DNA from: the human T2T-CHM13v2.0 reference genome, Homo sapiens
Assembly: GCF_009914755.1 (NCBI RefSeq)
Contig: NC_060938.1
Length of the DNA stretch: 64,000 nucleotides
Direction: 5' to 3' (one strand)
This document shows, one piece after another, positions 44,750 to 61,800 of this stretch. Position numbers and translations under genes: made by a program. The notes under the pieces are model-generated. The model searched no databases. It worked only from the letters and a program-made list of their open reading frames with translations, and was not told the DNA's origin. Position 1 is the stretch's first letter. Every line of letters starts with the position of its first letter.

Positions 44750-46106
44750 ATGAACTATTCATATAAATAGAAATTGAGTATCATATTGTTTTCCTCAGTC
44801 ACTAACTTGAATTATTCAGAGCACATGAGAACTTGGCTCAACTGTTTAAATATAAAAATATATATTGAGTTATACTAGGTATCATTTTCTTACTTACATT
44901 AAGTGAGCAGAGAACATTCTATTTCTTCATGGGTAAATGAAGAAATGAATGAATCTCAACTAAGAGTTATTCTACAGCACTGAGATGTTCTTGAGACTGC
45001 CATAGCTGCAGTCAATCTCAAAGTAGGTTTAAAAGCAATAAAATATCGAATAGAGTTGCAAAGTAGTCAGGTTTGGATTACATCCTTCAGACCAAGCCCA
45101 TTATGTACAAATGATAGTGTGACTGTGAGATCTGCAACTGCCACTGCCATCTCACAGGGCTCCTTGAACAGTTTCATCAACATTGCCAAACACTAAATGA
45201 TGAGACAGATCACCCTCATCCAGGGCCTGAAATGTTATCAATACTACAATATAGAAATGAGGTTTATCACATTTTAAAGTGGCTGGGTTTAAATGGATAA
45301 CAGCAGAATACAAAGAGTTCTTTATGTACTCTTAGAAGACATAAGAAACCCTTAACAAATGGGATAAAACACAGCTTCACAAGCAAGAATAAATTTTGAT
45401 TGAGCAGCTTCTCTCAGTTCAAGGACTGCAGTAGAACTAAGAGCTGAGGTTTGCTGAAAAAATGTCAGTGCAGGCAGACCAGCCCACAGTACTGAGGAAT
45501 GTGGGAGGGATTAGTTCTATTTGACTAAGATTTCAAGATGACCACTCATCAATGTACACAAACTGCTTGATAAAAATGCTTCTGAAAGAAACTTATTCAA
45601 TTGTCAAGGTTTTTAGTATGGGTGTAAATTTTATCCATCCCAATTTATTGTGAAAACAACTATTTACTGTCTAATAACTGGGTTTTTTAAATTTAATTCT
45701 ACAAGTTACATTCAAACTAATGTTTGATTGCATTTAACCTACATTATCTTTCACAGACTGATTTTCTAAGGCAGAAGAAGACTAATAGTCCATGTTGCAA
45801 AGATCAACAGACCACAATTGTGATGACTCGAGCAAGCCATAAGATAACCCTTCTCAGAGCAGAGCGTGGAAATGTTCTTGCAGCCCCCATTACATGTGCA
45901 AAAAGTAATCATAAGTAATACATCACCTTCCCACACAAAGGGTAAAGAGATCCATATACACATATAACAGAGATAAGTGTAAAACAGCAGGACTAATATT
46001 CTTATAAAACTTACAGTAAGTCTCATTGCTTTGTAATTTTAATAAAAATTACCTTGAATTACAAACCATAATACCAAATAACCTTAATTCACATCATGAG
46101 GTATAA

Positions 46107-46398
<292 letters not shown>

Positions 46399-46906
46399 CC
46401 AAGTAATTTCATATATGTTATCTCATATATGATGTTTATAATATTACCCAAAGGTATCATCTCTAATTTCCGCCAAAGAAACTAAAGTTCAAAAAGGTGA
46501 AGTGGCTTGCCCAAGCGGTCATGCAACTGGTAAAGTCTGAGCCAGAGCTTCACCAATAAGTCTTCTAAATTCAGCATTTTTTCCAATGTACCACTGCTAC
46601 CTCCATGTATCTATGTCTACTCAACTACATCGACATCCTATGAGCCAACTTCTTCAATAAACACTATGTTAAATGCTGGATATTCAAAGATAATCAGGTA
46701 AACTCACTCACCCCCCAAAAGCACACAATCTACTGTGAAGAGAGTAACACCATCAGCATTATCAAAAAAAAAAAAAGTAACTTTTAAAAATATTTACCAT
46801 GTGCCATGCACTGTCCTAAGTTCTTTCCAATCATTATCTCAACTTAGTCCCATATAAACTCTGTGAGTTAGGTAGTAGTAATATCACCATACAGATGAGA
46901 AAATTA

Positions 46907-47279
<373 letters not shown>

Positions 47280-47367
47280 AATAGTTTGGTACAAAAACAG
47301 CAATAAAGAAATGTCAACAAAATGGGTACTATTTGAGCTGGGCTGTAAAAGATGCACTGGGCTGTGA

Positions 47368-50030
<2,663 letters not shown>

Positions 50031-50169
50031 AAAAAGGTAGCAAGGCTGAAGAGCTACACTGCCTCCTCAAACATGTGATGTGCTCTTTGGCCTCCCTACC
50101 TGTGTGCTGTTCCTTTAGCTGGAATTCTCTTTCCTCTTATCCAACCTAACTACCTGTCGGGGCTTATTG

Positions 50170-51350
50170 ATTAATTAGATACGACTGGAAAGAAAAATGA
50201 CCTCAAGGATGACTCCAAAATATTTGAGTTGAATGATAGGAAGGCTGGAACTGCTAGCAACTGAAATGGAAGACAATGGGAGGAGGCATTTGAAGGGGAA
50301 GATGAGGGAAGCTGCAAATGCCCGCACCCAAGCATCCAGGCAAGCTGTTCACCCTCCACAGGCAGCATCTGCCGAAAGGATGAGAAGTATTTTTCTAATT
50401 TGCATAAAAGCAAATGGTATGATAACTTTAAGAAAAATCACAGTTTGGTTTCACACATGTTAAGGGATTTTTAAATATATAGCCAAGTAATTTGTCAAGT
50501 AAACAGTTGAATGAACAAATTTGGAGATCCCTAAACAATTCCAGAAGAGGAAATATAACTTGGGAGTTGCCAGCTTAATTATACTATTTAAATCCATGAG
50601 ACTGGATGAGATATCAATGGAGTGGGAACAAATAAAGGTGAGATCCAAGGACTAAGGTCTGGAATATCCAGTGTTAATAAACCAGGAGTAACAAGGGAGA
50701 CCAAGAAAGAATAACCAGTGAAGTAGGAGGAAACTCAAGAGGTGTCCTGGAAAATGAGAAGACTAATGCCAAATGCTACTGGTAGAGCAAGTAAGACAAA
50801 GACTGAGAGGTGACCCCTGGAGTTAGCAATAGCCCAGTTTTTAGTAACTTTAAGAGCAGTTCTGGTGGAAGAGTAAGAAAGGAAGCTTAATTGGATTGGG
50901 TTTAAGAGAGAATGGGAGGTGAGGAGTTGGAGACAGGAAGAAAAGACAACTCTTTGGAAGTTTGGCTGTAAAGGAAAGCAGGAAAATGGAGCAGTCGCTG
51001 GCAATGGTACTAACTACCATTTGCTGTGTTTTAAGTTGGGAGACATAACTGCATGCCTGGAAATACTGGAAATTTTCCAGTATAGAAAGGGGAAACAATG
51101 ATGAAGAACAAAGAAGAGAGAATTAGTGGAGTAATGTCCTTGAGTAGATAATAAATGATGGGATCCGGGGAACAAGTGAGATGACTGGCCTCGGCCAAGA
51201 GCACAGACACTTCTTTCATAAGGATAGGAGAAAAGGCAGAGTCCAGGGCACTGACACAGGTAGGCAGGTAGAAGTAGTGATGGGAATTCTGGCATGTCTA
51301 TTCTTATCTATTTTCTCAGAGAAATGAGAAGGTAAGTCATCACCTGAGAG
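50170..51350 (-). mobile_element. L2 body fragment(s)
   Basis: tcaaggatgactcc...tttaaatccatgagactggatgagat...caaatgctactggtagagcaagtaagacaaagactgaga. Confidence 0.75.
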
Positions 51351-51399
51351 CAGGGACTGCAAAATACTGTAAGCATCACTGGCAAAATATTAAAGTCTG

Positions 51400-51830
51400 A
51401 CACACGCATAAAAAGGAGTTATCAAGAATGAGGAACAAAAGAAACTCTCATTCGCTACTGGTGGTCATGAAAATTGGTAAGCCCACTTAGAAAATAGTAA
51501 CATTATTCAGTAAAGGCAAACATGTGCATATAGTATGACCCAGTAATGCCATTCCTAGGTGTTTATCTTATAGAATTGTCTGTGCATGATTATTGTCCTG
51601 TACAAGAATAATCATGGCACGATGCTCTTACAAAAGGTGGTTTTAAAAAACTTTTTTCAAAGAAATGTTAACCAATCATCAATACAGTAGTTACCACTGG
51701 GAGGAAGGAGGAGGCTGTGATCATGAATGACCATACTGGAAGATTCTGAAGCAATAGCATGTCCTATTTCTTAACCTGGATGATTTGTTAAACTCTAAAT
51801 ATATGCTTTATGCATTTTATCCTTATTTTT
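51400..51830 (+). mobile_element. L1ME-type 3' fragment
   Basis: gaaactctcattcgctactggtgg...tatgacccagtaatgccattcctaggt. Confidence 0.6.
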
Positions 51831-52713
51831 TGTTTTTTTCTCTCACTTTAGCATGCATCAGAAGCATTCTTATTTAAACATTTTTTAATGTTTAATTTCA
51901 ACATTAAAAAAATATTTTTAATCCCTTAGTCATGCCACTTAAAGTTAACCCGGTTACTTTTGATTTACGCTGTTTCACTGAATAAATAGTCTGTCAATTC
52001 AAGATTCTCTCCTTCCCCTACACCATGCTTCTCCTGCAATGATGACAAAATTTCCCAAGGGGTTTATATGAAATCCTGACAGCTGGAGAAAGGCATCTGC
52101 TCCACATGTAATTACCTGTACTCACCAGCATCTACAAAAGTGTAGCTCACCCCACCAGTCACCGGACATCATGCATTGGTATCTAACACACATGTATATA
52201 CTCAGTTCCTGCCTCAACCCCATGCCAATCTCAAAGTCAGTGCACACCGAATCCTCCTCACTGAGACCTGTGCCCTCTTTCAACCAAGCGACCCTCTCAG
52301 CACTTTTGCAAGGCCCTGCAGGCTCAGGGAATTTCAGCCACTTTCTCTGTGCTGCCCTGTTGAGCATGAGGCCTTAGTGAAGCTGCCCGGGCTTATTCGT
52401 CATTTGCTGTCCGTCTTCCTGCACCCATACCATGGCAAGCAAGGAACAAATCTTCATGCTCTGGCCTTCTCCCAAATCTGCCATGTTTCTCCGGCTTCAT
52501 CCTCTTCACATCCATTCCCTACAAATATCCACATGCTGCATCCCCTCTATTTTCAGGTTTATTTAATACATTTTGTCCTCTGAGTCCATCAGGCTCTGAC
52601 TTTTAATATTTAACAACAAAAGCTTTGGGGATCTAGAAAATTCTCAAGTGCCTGGTGTTTGTCATTACCTTTAATTTTTTCCGGTTTGCTTCATGTACTG
52701 TGAAGCCCTGTGA

Positions 52714-53191
<478 letters not shown>

Positions 53192-53273
53192 TAATATTGC
53201 CCTACAGGTTGCTGAGACTCTGTTTATTTTTTCCAGTCTTTGGAAATCTCTGCCCTTCAGCCTGGGTGATTTC

Positions 53274-54768
53274 ATTTTTTAAAATTTTTACATTAGGTAA
53301 TAATAAAAATAATGTTAATAATAATAATAAAATAAATAATAAAATAAAATATATATTTATATATAATAAAATATGTAATGAAGTAAATAAAATAAATAAA
53401 ATATAATACATAATAAAATACAATAAAATTATTAATAATAATGTTCGTCTATTTAAGTAACAAACCCAAAGCAGTCACCAACTAATAAGAGTTAAAGTTC
53501 TGATCCCTGTACCCATACACACAGCTTTATACAATCTATCGCACACATTTTTATCCAGAACTGTCTGCGAAAAATTCTTTTGTTATTTTATTCTGTGTAT
53601 ATTTTATTTAAGTCTTTTTATTTGTTACTCTTATCAAAATTATTTGGTGAGTTTTTTTGCTTTTTCATAAATGATTTTTTTCAAAATGCTACTAAACAAC
53701 CACATCAACCTTTAAACAATGAATTAAAATTAAAATTTAATATCTAAATAGTTTTTACAAAAGCAGAAATAGCTAAAAATTGAGTCTCAGGTTAAGTGAG
53801 AGGTGGAGGAGAGTTACTAATCTATATAGAATAATTTATAATCTGATCAGCAGAGTGACAGTGCTGAATGAGCTTTGAAAGATGGTTTTGTCTGATAAGA
53901 ACTCATGTTGACACAAACCTTCTCTTTGTCCTGGAATCTTTTCTCAAAGGTATGCATGAGTGCACTAAAAAAGAATGACCAAGAGAAAGAAAAGTAAGAG
54001 CTGAGTTCCAGCCATGAGTTAGAGTGCTGACCAGAGGCAGTCAAAGCAGCCCCCAGCCTCTGTAAACTCAGCAGAGGATGCACCGTGTCCTGGCTTGGCT
54101 GTCCCCAAAAAAGCATGGGGGGCAGGACCCAGAGCAGGGCTCAGGAGGAGATGGCCCCTGTGGAGCTGGCATGGGAGAGAGCCCTATTTGTGTGAATGAG
54201 GAGCACTCCCTGCCCCTTGAGGAGTCACCTCAGGGGAGCTGGTCCTCCACACAGAGGCCACCCCTTCTTTCAGACTGCCATCCTCAGTTTATGATCCTGT
54301 CTCTGCCCTTTCCCCCAGAGGACATTTTCCTCCAGACCTTCCGCCTCCTTGCACAGAAAATGGAAGAGCTAGTTTCTTCCTCTTGCTCTTCATCATCTGA
54401 ATCAGACTCATCGTTATAGAAGTATATCATGGCTTGCACTGGAAAACTGACCAGCACTTTTTCCCCAGAACACTGCAAATATTATTGACATTTCAAAAAG
54501 GGTAAGTAAAGTCTTACAGGATGCAGAAACCTGAAGACTTCCTTTAATCCAAAAGTTTCTTGATCTCCCCCAGGTTTAAATTGGCTTCCAGTTCTGGTCA
54601 GCTCAGCATCTGCAGGTGTCAGGATCACAGGTCTCCACGCTGTGAGGCTCCATGCTGGAGATGGTCCCCAGGGCAGTGACAGACGTGCCCCCATGCCTCC
54701 CAGCTCTGACCTACACCCCGGGTTGCCCCTGCACCCTGATCCACTAGGCCCAGTGCGCTCACCGAGAT
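53274..54768 (-). pseudogene. RIPPLY3: Processed pseudogene (retrocopy) of RIPPLY3/DSCR6; CDS-homologous part about 54188-54728
   Basis: Minus-strand translation ..[82 protein letters not shown] aligns collinearly with recalled RIPPLY3 (..[83 protein letters not shown]); no introns; stops and frameshifts; TSD tgggtgatttc at 53263-53273 and 54769-54779. Confidence 0.9.
53298..53441 (+). repeat. AT-rich low-complexity (AAT/AAAT)n tract
   Basis: Directly visible. Confidence 0.9.
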
Positions 54769-54825
54769 TGGGTGATTTCCATCCATCTTAAATTTCTAAC
54801 TATGACTTCTATCATCTTCAATCTA

Positions 54826-55409
54826 TGGGTTTTTTGTTGTTGTTGGTTGTTTTTTTTTTAAGTTTTTTGGGTACACAGTGGGTATATATATTTATGGGAT
54901 ACATGGTATGTTTTGCTACAGGTATGCAATGGGAAATAATCACACCATGGAGAATGGGGTATTCATCCCCTCATTATACTCTAAGTTGTTTTAAAATGTA
55001 CAATTAAGTTATTATTGACTATTGTCACCCTGTTGTGCTATTGAATAGTAGGTCTTATTCATTCTTTCTATTTTTTGTACTTACTAACCATCCCTGTCTC
55101 CCCCTCAGTCCCCCACTACCCTCTACTCTCGATGTCCATCCTCTATTCTCTGTGTCCATGAGTTCAATTGTTTTGATCTTTCGATCCCACGAATAAGTGA
55201 GAACATGTGATGTTTGTCTTTCTGTGCCTGGCTTATTTCAGTTAACATAATAAGCTCCAATTCCATCCATGTTGTGGCAAATGACAGGATCTCATTCTTT
55301 TTTATGACTGAATAGTACTCCATTGTGTATATATACCACATTTTCTTTATCCATTCATCTGTTGATGGACACGTAGGTTGCTTCCAAATCTTAGCTATTG
55401 TGGACAGTG
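54826..55409 (-). mobile_element. L1MA2/3-like 3' fragment
   Basis: Antisense L1MA 3'UTR (tatatttatgggatacat...aataatcacaccatggagaatggggta); TSD caatcta at 54819-54825 and 55410-55416. Confidence 0.85.
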
Positions 55410-55482
55410 CAATCTACTTTTAAATCCACTGAGTAGATTTTTATTTCAGGTATTATATTTGTCAGTTCTAAAATTTTAATTT

Positions 55483-55738
55483 CACTGCATGTTCTCACTT
55501 ATAAGAAGGAGCTAAACAATGTATACACATTAACATACAGACAGGAATAATAGGTGGTGGAGACTCCAAAAGGGAGGACAGGAGAAAGATAAGGAATGAA
55601 AAATTACCTATTGGGTACAATGTACAGTATTCTGGTGATAGGTACACTAGAAGCCCAGACTTCACTGCTAGGCAATATGTCCATGTAACAAAACTGCCCT
55701 TGTACTCTCTAAATCGACAAACATTAAAAATAAATAAT
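55483..55738 (+). mobile_element. L1PB3/4-like 3' end
   Basis: aaattacctattgggtacaatgtac...aagcccagacttcact; TSD aaaatttt(a/c)attt at 55470-55482 and 55739-55751. Confidence 0.85.
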
Positions 55739-55870
55739 AAAATTTTCATTTTGTTCTTTTTTATACTTTCAGTTTATTTGCTATTATATTTTAGCTACTT
55801 GTTCATTGTAAAATATTTCTCTTTTATATCTTTGAATGTAGCTATTACTGCTGCATTGAAATTCTTTTTT

Positions 55871-58800
55871 ATTATTATACTTTAAGTTCTGGGATATATG
55901 TGCCAAACGTACGGGTTTGTTACATAGGTATACATGTGCCATGGTGATTTGCTGCATCCATCAACCCTTCATCTACATTAGATATTTCTCCTAATGCTAT
56001 CCCTCCCCTTGCCCCACCACCCCTGACATGCCCCTGCGTGTAATGTTCCCTTCCCTGTGCCCATATGTTCTGATTGTTCAACTCCCACTTATGGGTGAGA
56101 ACATGCGGTGTTTGGTTTTCTGTTCCTGTGTTAGTTTGCTGAGTATGATGGCTTCCAGCTTCATCCATGTCCCTGTAAAGGACATGAACTCATTCTTTTT
56201 TATGGCTGCATAGTATTTCATGGTGTTTATGTTCCACATTTTCTTTATCCAGTCTAACATTGATGGGCATTTGGGTTGGTCCCAAGTATTTTCTGTTGTG
56301 AATAGTGCTGCAATAAACATACATGTGCATGTGTATTTATAGCAGAATGATTTATAATCCTTTGGGTATATACCCAGCAATGGGATTGCCGAGTCAAATG
56401 GCATTTCTAGTTCTAGATCCTTGATGAATTGCCACAATGTCTTCCACAATGTTTGAGCTAATTTACACTCCCACCAACAATGTAAAAGCATTCCTATTTC
56501 TCCACATCCTCTCCAGCATCTGTTGTTTCCTGACTTTGTAATGATCTCCATTCTAACTGGCATGAGATGGTATCTCATTGTGGCTTTGATTTGCATTTCT
56601 CTAATGACAAGTATGAGCTTTTTGTCATATGTTTGTTGGCTACATAAATGTCTTCTTTTGATAAGTGTCTGTTCATATCCTTCACCCACTTTTTGATGGG
56701 GTTGTTTGGTTTTTTTTCTTGTAAATTTGTTTAAGTTCTTTGTAGATTCTAGATATTAGCCCTTTGCCAGATAGATAGGTTGCAAAAATTTTCTCCCATT
56801 CTGTAGGTTGCCTGTTCACTCTGATGATAGTTTCTTTTGCTGTGCAGAAGCTGTTTAGTTTAATTAGATCCCATTTGTCAATTATGCCTTTGTTGCCATT
56901 GCTTTTGGTGTTTTAGTCATGAAGTCTTTCCCATGCCTATGTCCTAAATGGTATTGCCTAGGTTTTCTTCTAGAGTTTTTATGGTTTTAGGTCTTATGTT
57001 TAAATCTTTAACGAATCTTGAGTTGATTTTTGTATAAGGTGTAGGGAAGGGGTCCAGTTTCAGTTTTCTGCATATGGCCAGCCAGTTTTCCCGACACTAT
57101 TTATTAAATAGGGAATCCTTTCCCCATTGCTTGTTTTTGTCAGGTTTGTCAAAGATCAGATGGTTGTAGATGTGTGGTATTATTTCTTAGGGCTCTGTTC
57201 TGTTCCATTGGTCTGTATCTCTGTTTTGGTACCAGTACCATGTTGTTTTGGTTACTGCAGCCTTGTAGTATAATTTGAAGTCAGGTAGCGTGATACCTCC
57301 AGCTTTGTTCTTTTTGCTTAGGACTGTGTTGGCTATATGGGCTCTTTTTTGGTTCCATCTGATATTTAAAGTAGTTTTTTCTAATTCTGTGAAGAAAGTC
57401 AATGGTAGCTTGATGGGAATAGCATTGAACCTATAAATTACTTTGGGCAGTATGGCCATTTTCACGATATTGATTTTTCCTATCCATGAGCATGGAACGT
57501 TCTTCCATTTGTTTGTGTCCTCTCTTATTTCCTTGAGCAGTGGTTTGTAGTTCTCCTTGAAGAGGTCCTTCACATCCCTTGTAAGTTGGATTCCTAGGTA
57601 TTTTATTCTCTTTGTAGCAATAGTGAATGGGATTCACTTATGATTTGGCTCTATGTGTGTCTATTATTGGTGTATAGGAATGCTTGTGATTTTTGCACAT
57701 TGATTTTGTATCCTGAGACTTTGCTGAAGTTGTTTATCAGCTTAAGGAGTTTTTGGGCTGAAACAATGGGGTTTCCTAAATATACAATCATGTCTTCTAC
57801 AAACAGATAATTTGACTTCCTCTGTTCCTATTTAAATACCCTTTATTTCTTTCTCCTGCCTGATTGCCCTGGCCAGAACTTCCAATACTATGTTAAATAA
57901 GAGTGGTGAGAGAGGGCATTCTTGTCTTTTGCTGGTTTTCAAAGGGAATGCTTCCAGCTTTTGCCCATTCAGTATGATATTGGCTGTGGGTTTGTCATAA
58001 ATAGCTCTTATTATTTTGAGACATGTTCCGTCAATACCTAGTTTACTGAGTGTTTTTAGCATAAAGGGGTGTTGAATTTTATCAAAGGCCTTTTCTGCAT
58101 CTATTGAGATAATCATGTGGTTTTTGTCATTGGTTCTCTTTATGTGATGGATTACGTTTGTTGATTTGCATATGTTGAACCAGCCTTGCATCCCAGGGAT
58201 GAAGCTGACTTAATTGTGGTGGATAAGCTTTTTAATGTGCTGCTGGATTCGGTTTGCCAGTATTTTATTGAGGATTTTTGCATCGATGTTCATCAGGGAT
58301 ATTGGACTGAAATTTTCTTTTTTTTTGTTGTGTCTCTGCCAGGTTTTGGTAACAGGATGATCTTGGTTGCATAAAATGAGTTAGGGAGGATTCCCTCTCT
58401 TTTTATTGTTTGGAATACTTTCAGAAGGAATGGTACCAGCTCCTCCTTGTACCTCTGATAGAATTTGGCTGTGAATCCATCTGGTCCTGGGCTTTTTTTT
58501 GGTTGGTAGGCTATTAATTTCTGCCTCAATTTCAGAACTTATTCATCTATTCAGGGATTTGACTTCTTCCTGATTTAGTCTTGAGAGGGTGTATGTGTAT
58601 TTATCCATTTCTTCTATATTTTCTAGTTTATTCACGTAGAGGTGTTTACAGTATTCTCCGATGGTAGTTTGTATTTCTGTGGAATCAGTAGTGACATCCC
58701 CCTCTCATTTTTTATTGTGTCTTTTTTATTCTTCTCTCTTTTCTTCTTTATTAGTCTGGCTAGCAGTCTATCAATTTTGTTAATCTTTTCAAAAAACCAG

Positions 58801-61800
58801 CTCCTGGATTCATTGATTTCTTGAAGGGTTTTTCGTGTCTCTATCTCCTTCAGTTCTGCTCTGATCTTAGTTATCTCTTGCCTTCTGCTAGCTTTTGAAT
58901 TTTTTTGCTCTTGCTTCTCTAGTTTTTTTAATTGTGATGTTAGGGTGTCGATTTCAGATCTTTCCCACTTTCTCCTGTGGGCATTTAGTGCTATAAATTT
59001 TCCTCTAAACACTGCTTTAGCTGTGTCCCAGAGATTCTGCTACATTGTGTCTTTATTCTCATTGGTTTCAAAGAACTTATTTATTTCTGCCTAAATTTCG
59101 TTATTTACCCAGTAGTCATTCAGGAGCAGGTTTTTCAGTTTCCATGTAGTTGTGCAGTTTTTAGTGAGTTTCTTAATCCTGAGTTTTAATTTGATTGCAC
59201 TGTGGTCTGAGAGACTGTTTGTTATGATTTCCATTCTTTTGCATTTGCTGAGGAGTGTTTTACTTCCAATTATATGGTTGATTTTAGAATAAGTGCTATG
59301 TGGTGCTGAGAAGAATGTGTATTCTGTTCATTTGGGGTGGAGAGTTCTGTAAATATCTATTAGGTCCACTTGGTCCAGAGCTGAGTTCAATATCCTTGTT
59401 AATTTTCTGTCTTGCTGATCTGTCTAATATTGACAGTGGGGTGTTAAAGCCTCCCACTATTATTGTGTGGAAGTCTAAGTCTCTTTGTAGGTCTCTAAGA
59501 ACTTGCTTTATGCATCTGGGTGCTCCTGTATTGGGTGCATATATATTTAGGATTGTTAGCTCTTCTTCTTGCGTTGATCCCTTTATCATTATATAATGCC
59601 CTTCTTTGTCTTTTTTTTTTTTTTTAATCTTTTTTGGTTTAAAGTCTGTTTTATCAGGGACTAGGATTGCAACCCCTGCTTTTTTTTTTTTCTTCTTTCC
59701 ATTTGTTTGGTAAATCTTCCTCCATCCCTTTATTTTGAGCCTATGTGTGTCTTTGCATGTGAGATGGGTCCCCTGAATACAGCACACTGATGGGTCTTGA
59801 CTCTTTATCCAATTTGCCAGTTTGTGTCTTTTAATTGGGGGATTTAGCCCATTTACATTTAAGGTTAATATTTTATGTGTGAATTTGATCTTGTCATTAT
59901 GATGCTAGCTGGTTATTTTGCCCATTAGTTAATGCAGTTTCTTCATAGTGCCAATGTTCTTTACATTTTGGGTTGTTTTTGCAGTGGCTGCTACTGGTTT
60001 TTCCTTTCCATATTTAGTGCTTCCTTCAGGAGCTCTTGTAAGGCAGGCCTGGTGGTGACAGAATCCATCAGCATTTGCTTGTCTATAAAGGATTTTATTT
60101 CTCCTTCACTTATGAAGCTTAGTTTGGCTGCATATGAAATTCTGGGTTGAAAATTCTTTTCTTTAAGAATGTTGAATATTGGACCTCACTCTCTTCTGGC
60201 TTGTAGGGTTTCTGCAGAGAAATCCGCTGTTAGTCTGATGGGCTTCCCTTTGTGGGTAACCCAACCTTTCTCTCTGGCTGCCCTTAACATTTTTGCCTTC
60301 ATTTCAACCTTGATGAATCTGATGATTATATGTCTTGGGGTTGCTCTTCTCAAGGAGTATCTCTGTGGTGTTCTCCGTATTTCCTGAATTTGAATGTTGG
60401 CCTGCCTTGCTAGGTTGGGGAAGTTCTCCTGGATAATATCTGGAAGTGTGTTTTCCAACTTGGTTTCATTCTCCCCGTCACTTTCAGGTACACCAATCGA
60501 ACGTAGGTTTGGTCTTTTCACATAGCCCCATATTTCTTGAAGGCTTTGTTCGTTCCTTCATATTCTTTTTTCTCTAATCTTATCTTCACACTTTATTTTA
60601 TTAAGTTGATCTTTAATTTCTGATATCCTTCCTTCCACTTGATCGATTCAGCTATTGACACTTGTGTATGCTTCACATAGTTCTCGTGCTGTGTTTTTCA
60701 GCTCCGTCAGGTCATTTATGTTCTCTCTAAATTGGTTATTCTAGTTAGCAATTCCTCTAACCTTTTTTCAAGGTTCTTAACTTCCTTGCATTGAGTTAAA
60801 ACATGCTCCTTTAGCTAGGAGGAGTTTGTTATTACCCACCTTCTGAAGTCTACTTCTGCCAATTCATCAAACTCATTCTCTGTTCAGTTTTGTTTCCTTG
60901 CTGGTGAGGAGTTGTGATCCTTTGGAGGAGAAGAGGCATCCTGGTTTTTGGAATTTTCAGCGTTTTTGCACTGGTTTTTCCTCATCTTCGTGGATTTGTC
61001 TACCTTTGGTCTTTGATGTTGGTGACCTTCGAATGGAGTTTTAGCGTGGTCATCCTTTTTGTTGATGTTGATGCTATTGCTTTCTGTTTGTTAGTTTTCC
61101 TTCTAACAGTCAGGCCCCTCTGTTGCAGATCTGCTGTAGTTTGCTGGGGGTCCACTCCAGACCCTGTTTGCCTGGGTATCACCAGCAGAGGCTGCAGAAC
61201 AGCAAAGATTGCTGCCTGCTCCTTCCTTTGGAAACTTCACCCCAGAGGGACACTGGCCTGATGCCAACCAGAGCTCTCCTGTATGAGGTGTCTGTCAACC
61301 ACTACTGGGAGATATCTCCCCGTCAGGAGCCACAGGGGTCAGGGACCCTCTTGAGGAGGCAGTCTGTCCCTTAGCAGAGCTCAAGCGCTGTGCTGGGAGA
61401 ACCGCTTCTCTCTTCAGAGCTGACAGGCAGGAATGTTTAAGTCTGCTGAAGTGCGCCCACAGGCACCCCTTCCCCCAGGTGCTCTGTCCCAGGGAGATGG
61501 GAGTTTTATCTATAAGCCCCTGACTGGGGCTGCTGCCTTTCTTTCAGAGACGCCCTGCACAGAGAGGAGGACTCTAGAGAGGCAATCTGGCTACAGCAGC
61601 TTTGCAATGCTGTGGTGGGCTCTGCCCAGTCTGAACTTCCTGGTGACTTTGTTTACACTGTGAGGGGAAAACCACCTACTCAAGCCTCAGTAATGGCAGT
61701 CTTCCCTCCCCCACCAAGCTCAAGCATCCCAGGCCAACTTCAGACTGCTGTGCTGGTGAGAATTTCAAGCCAGTGGATCTTAGCTTGCTGGGCTCTGTGC

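Noticed and set aside
54078-54419. 113-aa ATG-initiated plus-strand ORF as a de novo gene
   Set aside because: It is the antisense shadow of the GC-rich RIPPLY3 retrocopy; no promoter, homology or expression evidence is visible
54188-54728. Functional RIPPLY3 gene or paralogue
   Set aside because: No introns, WRPW motif lost, several in-frame stops, frameshifts, and no ATG at the homologous start
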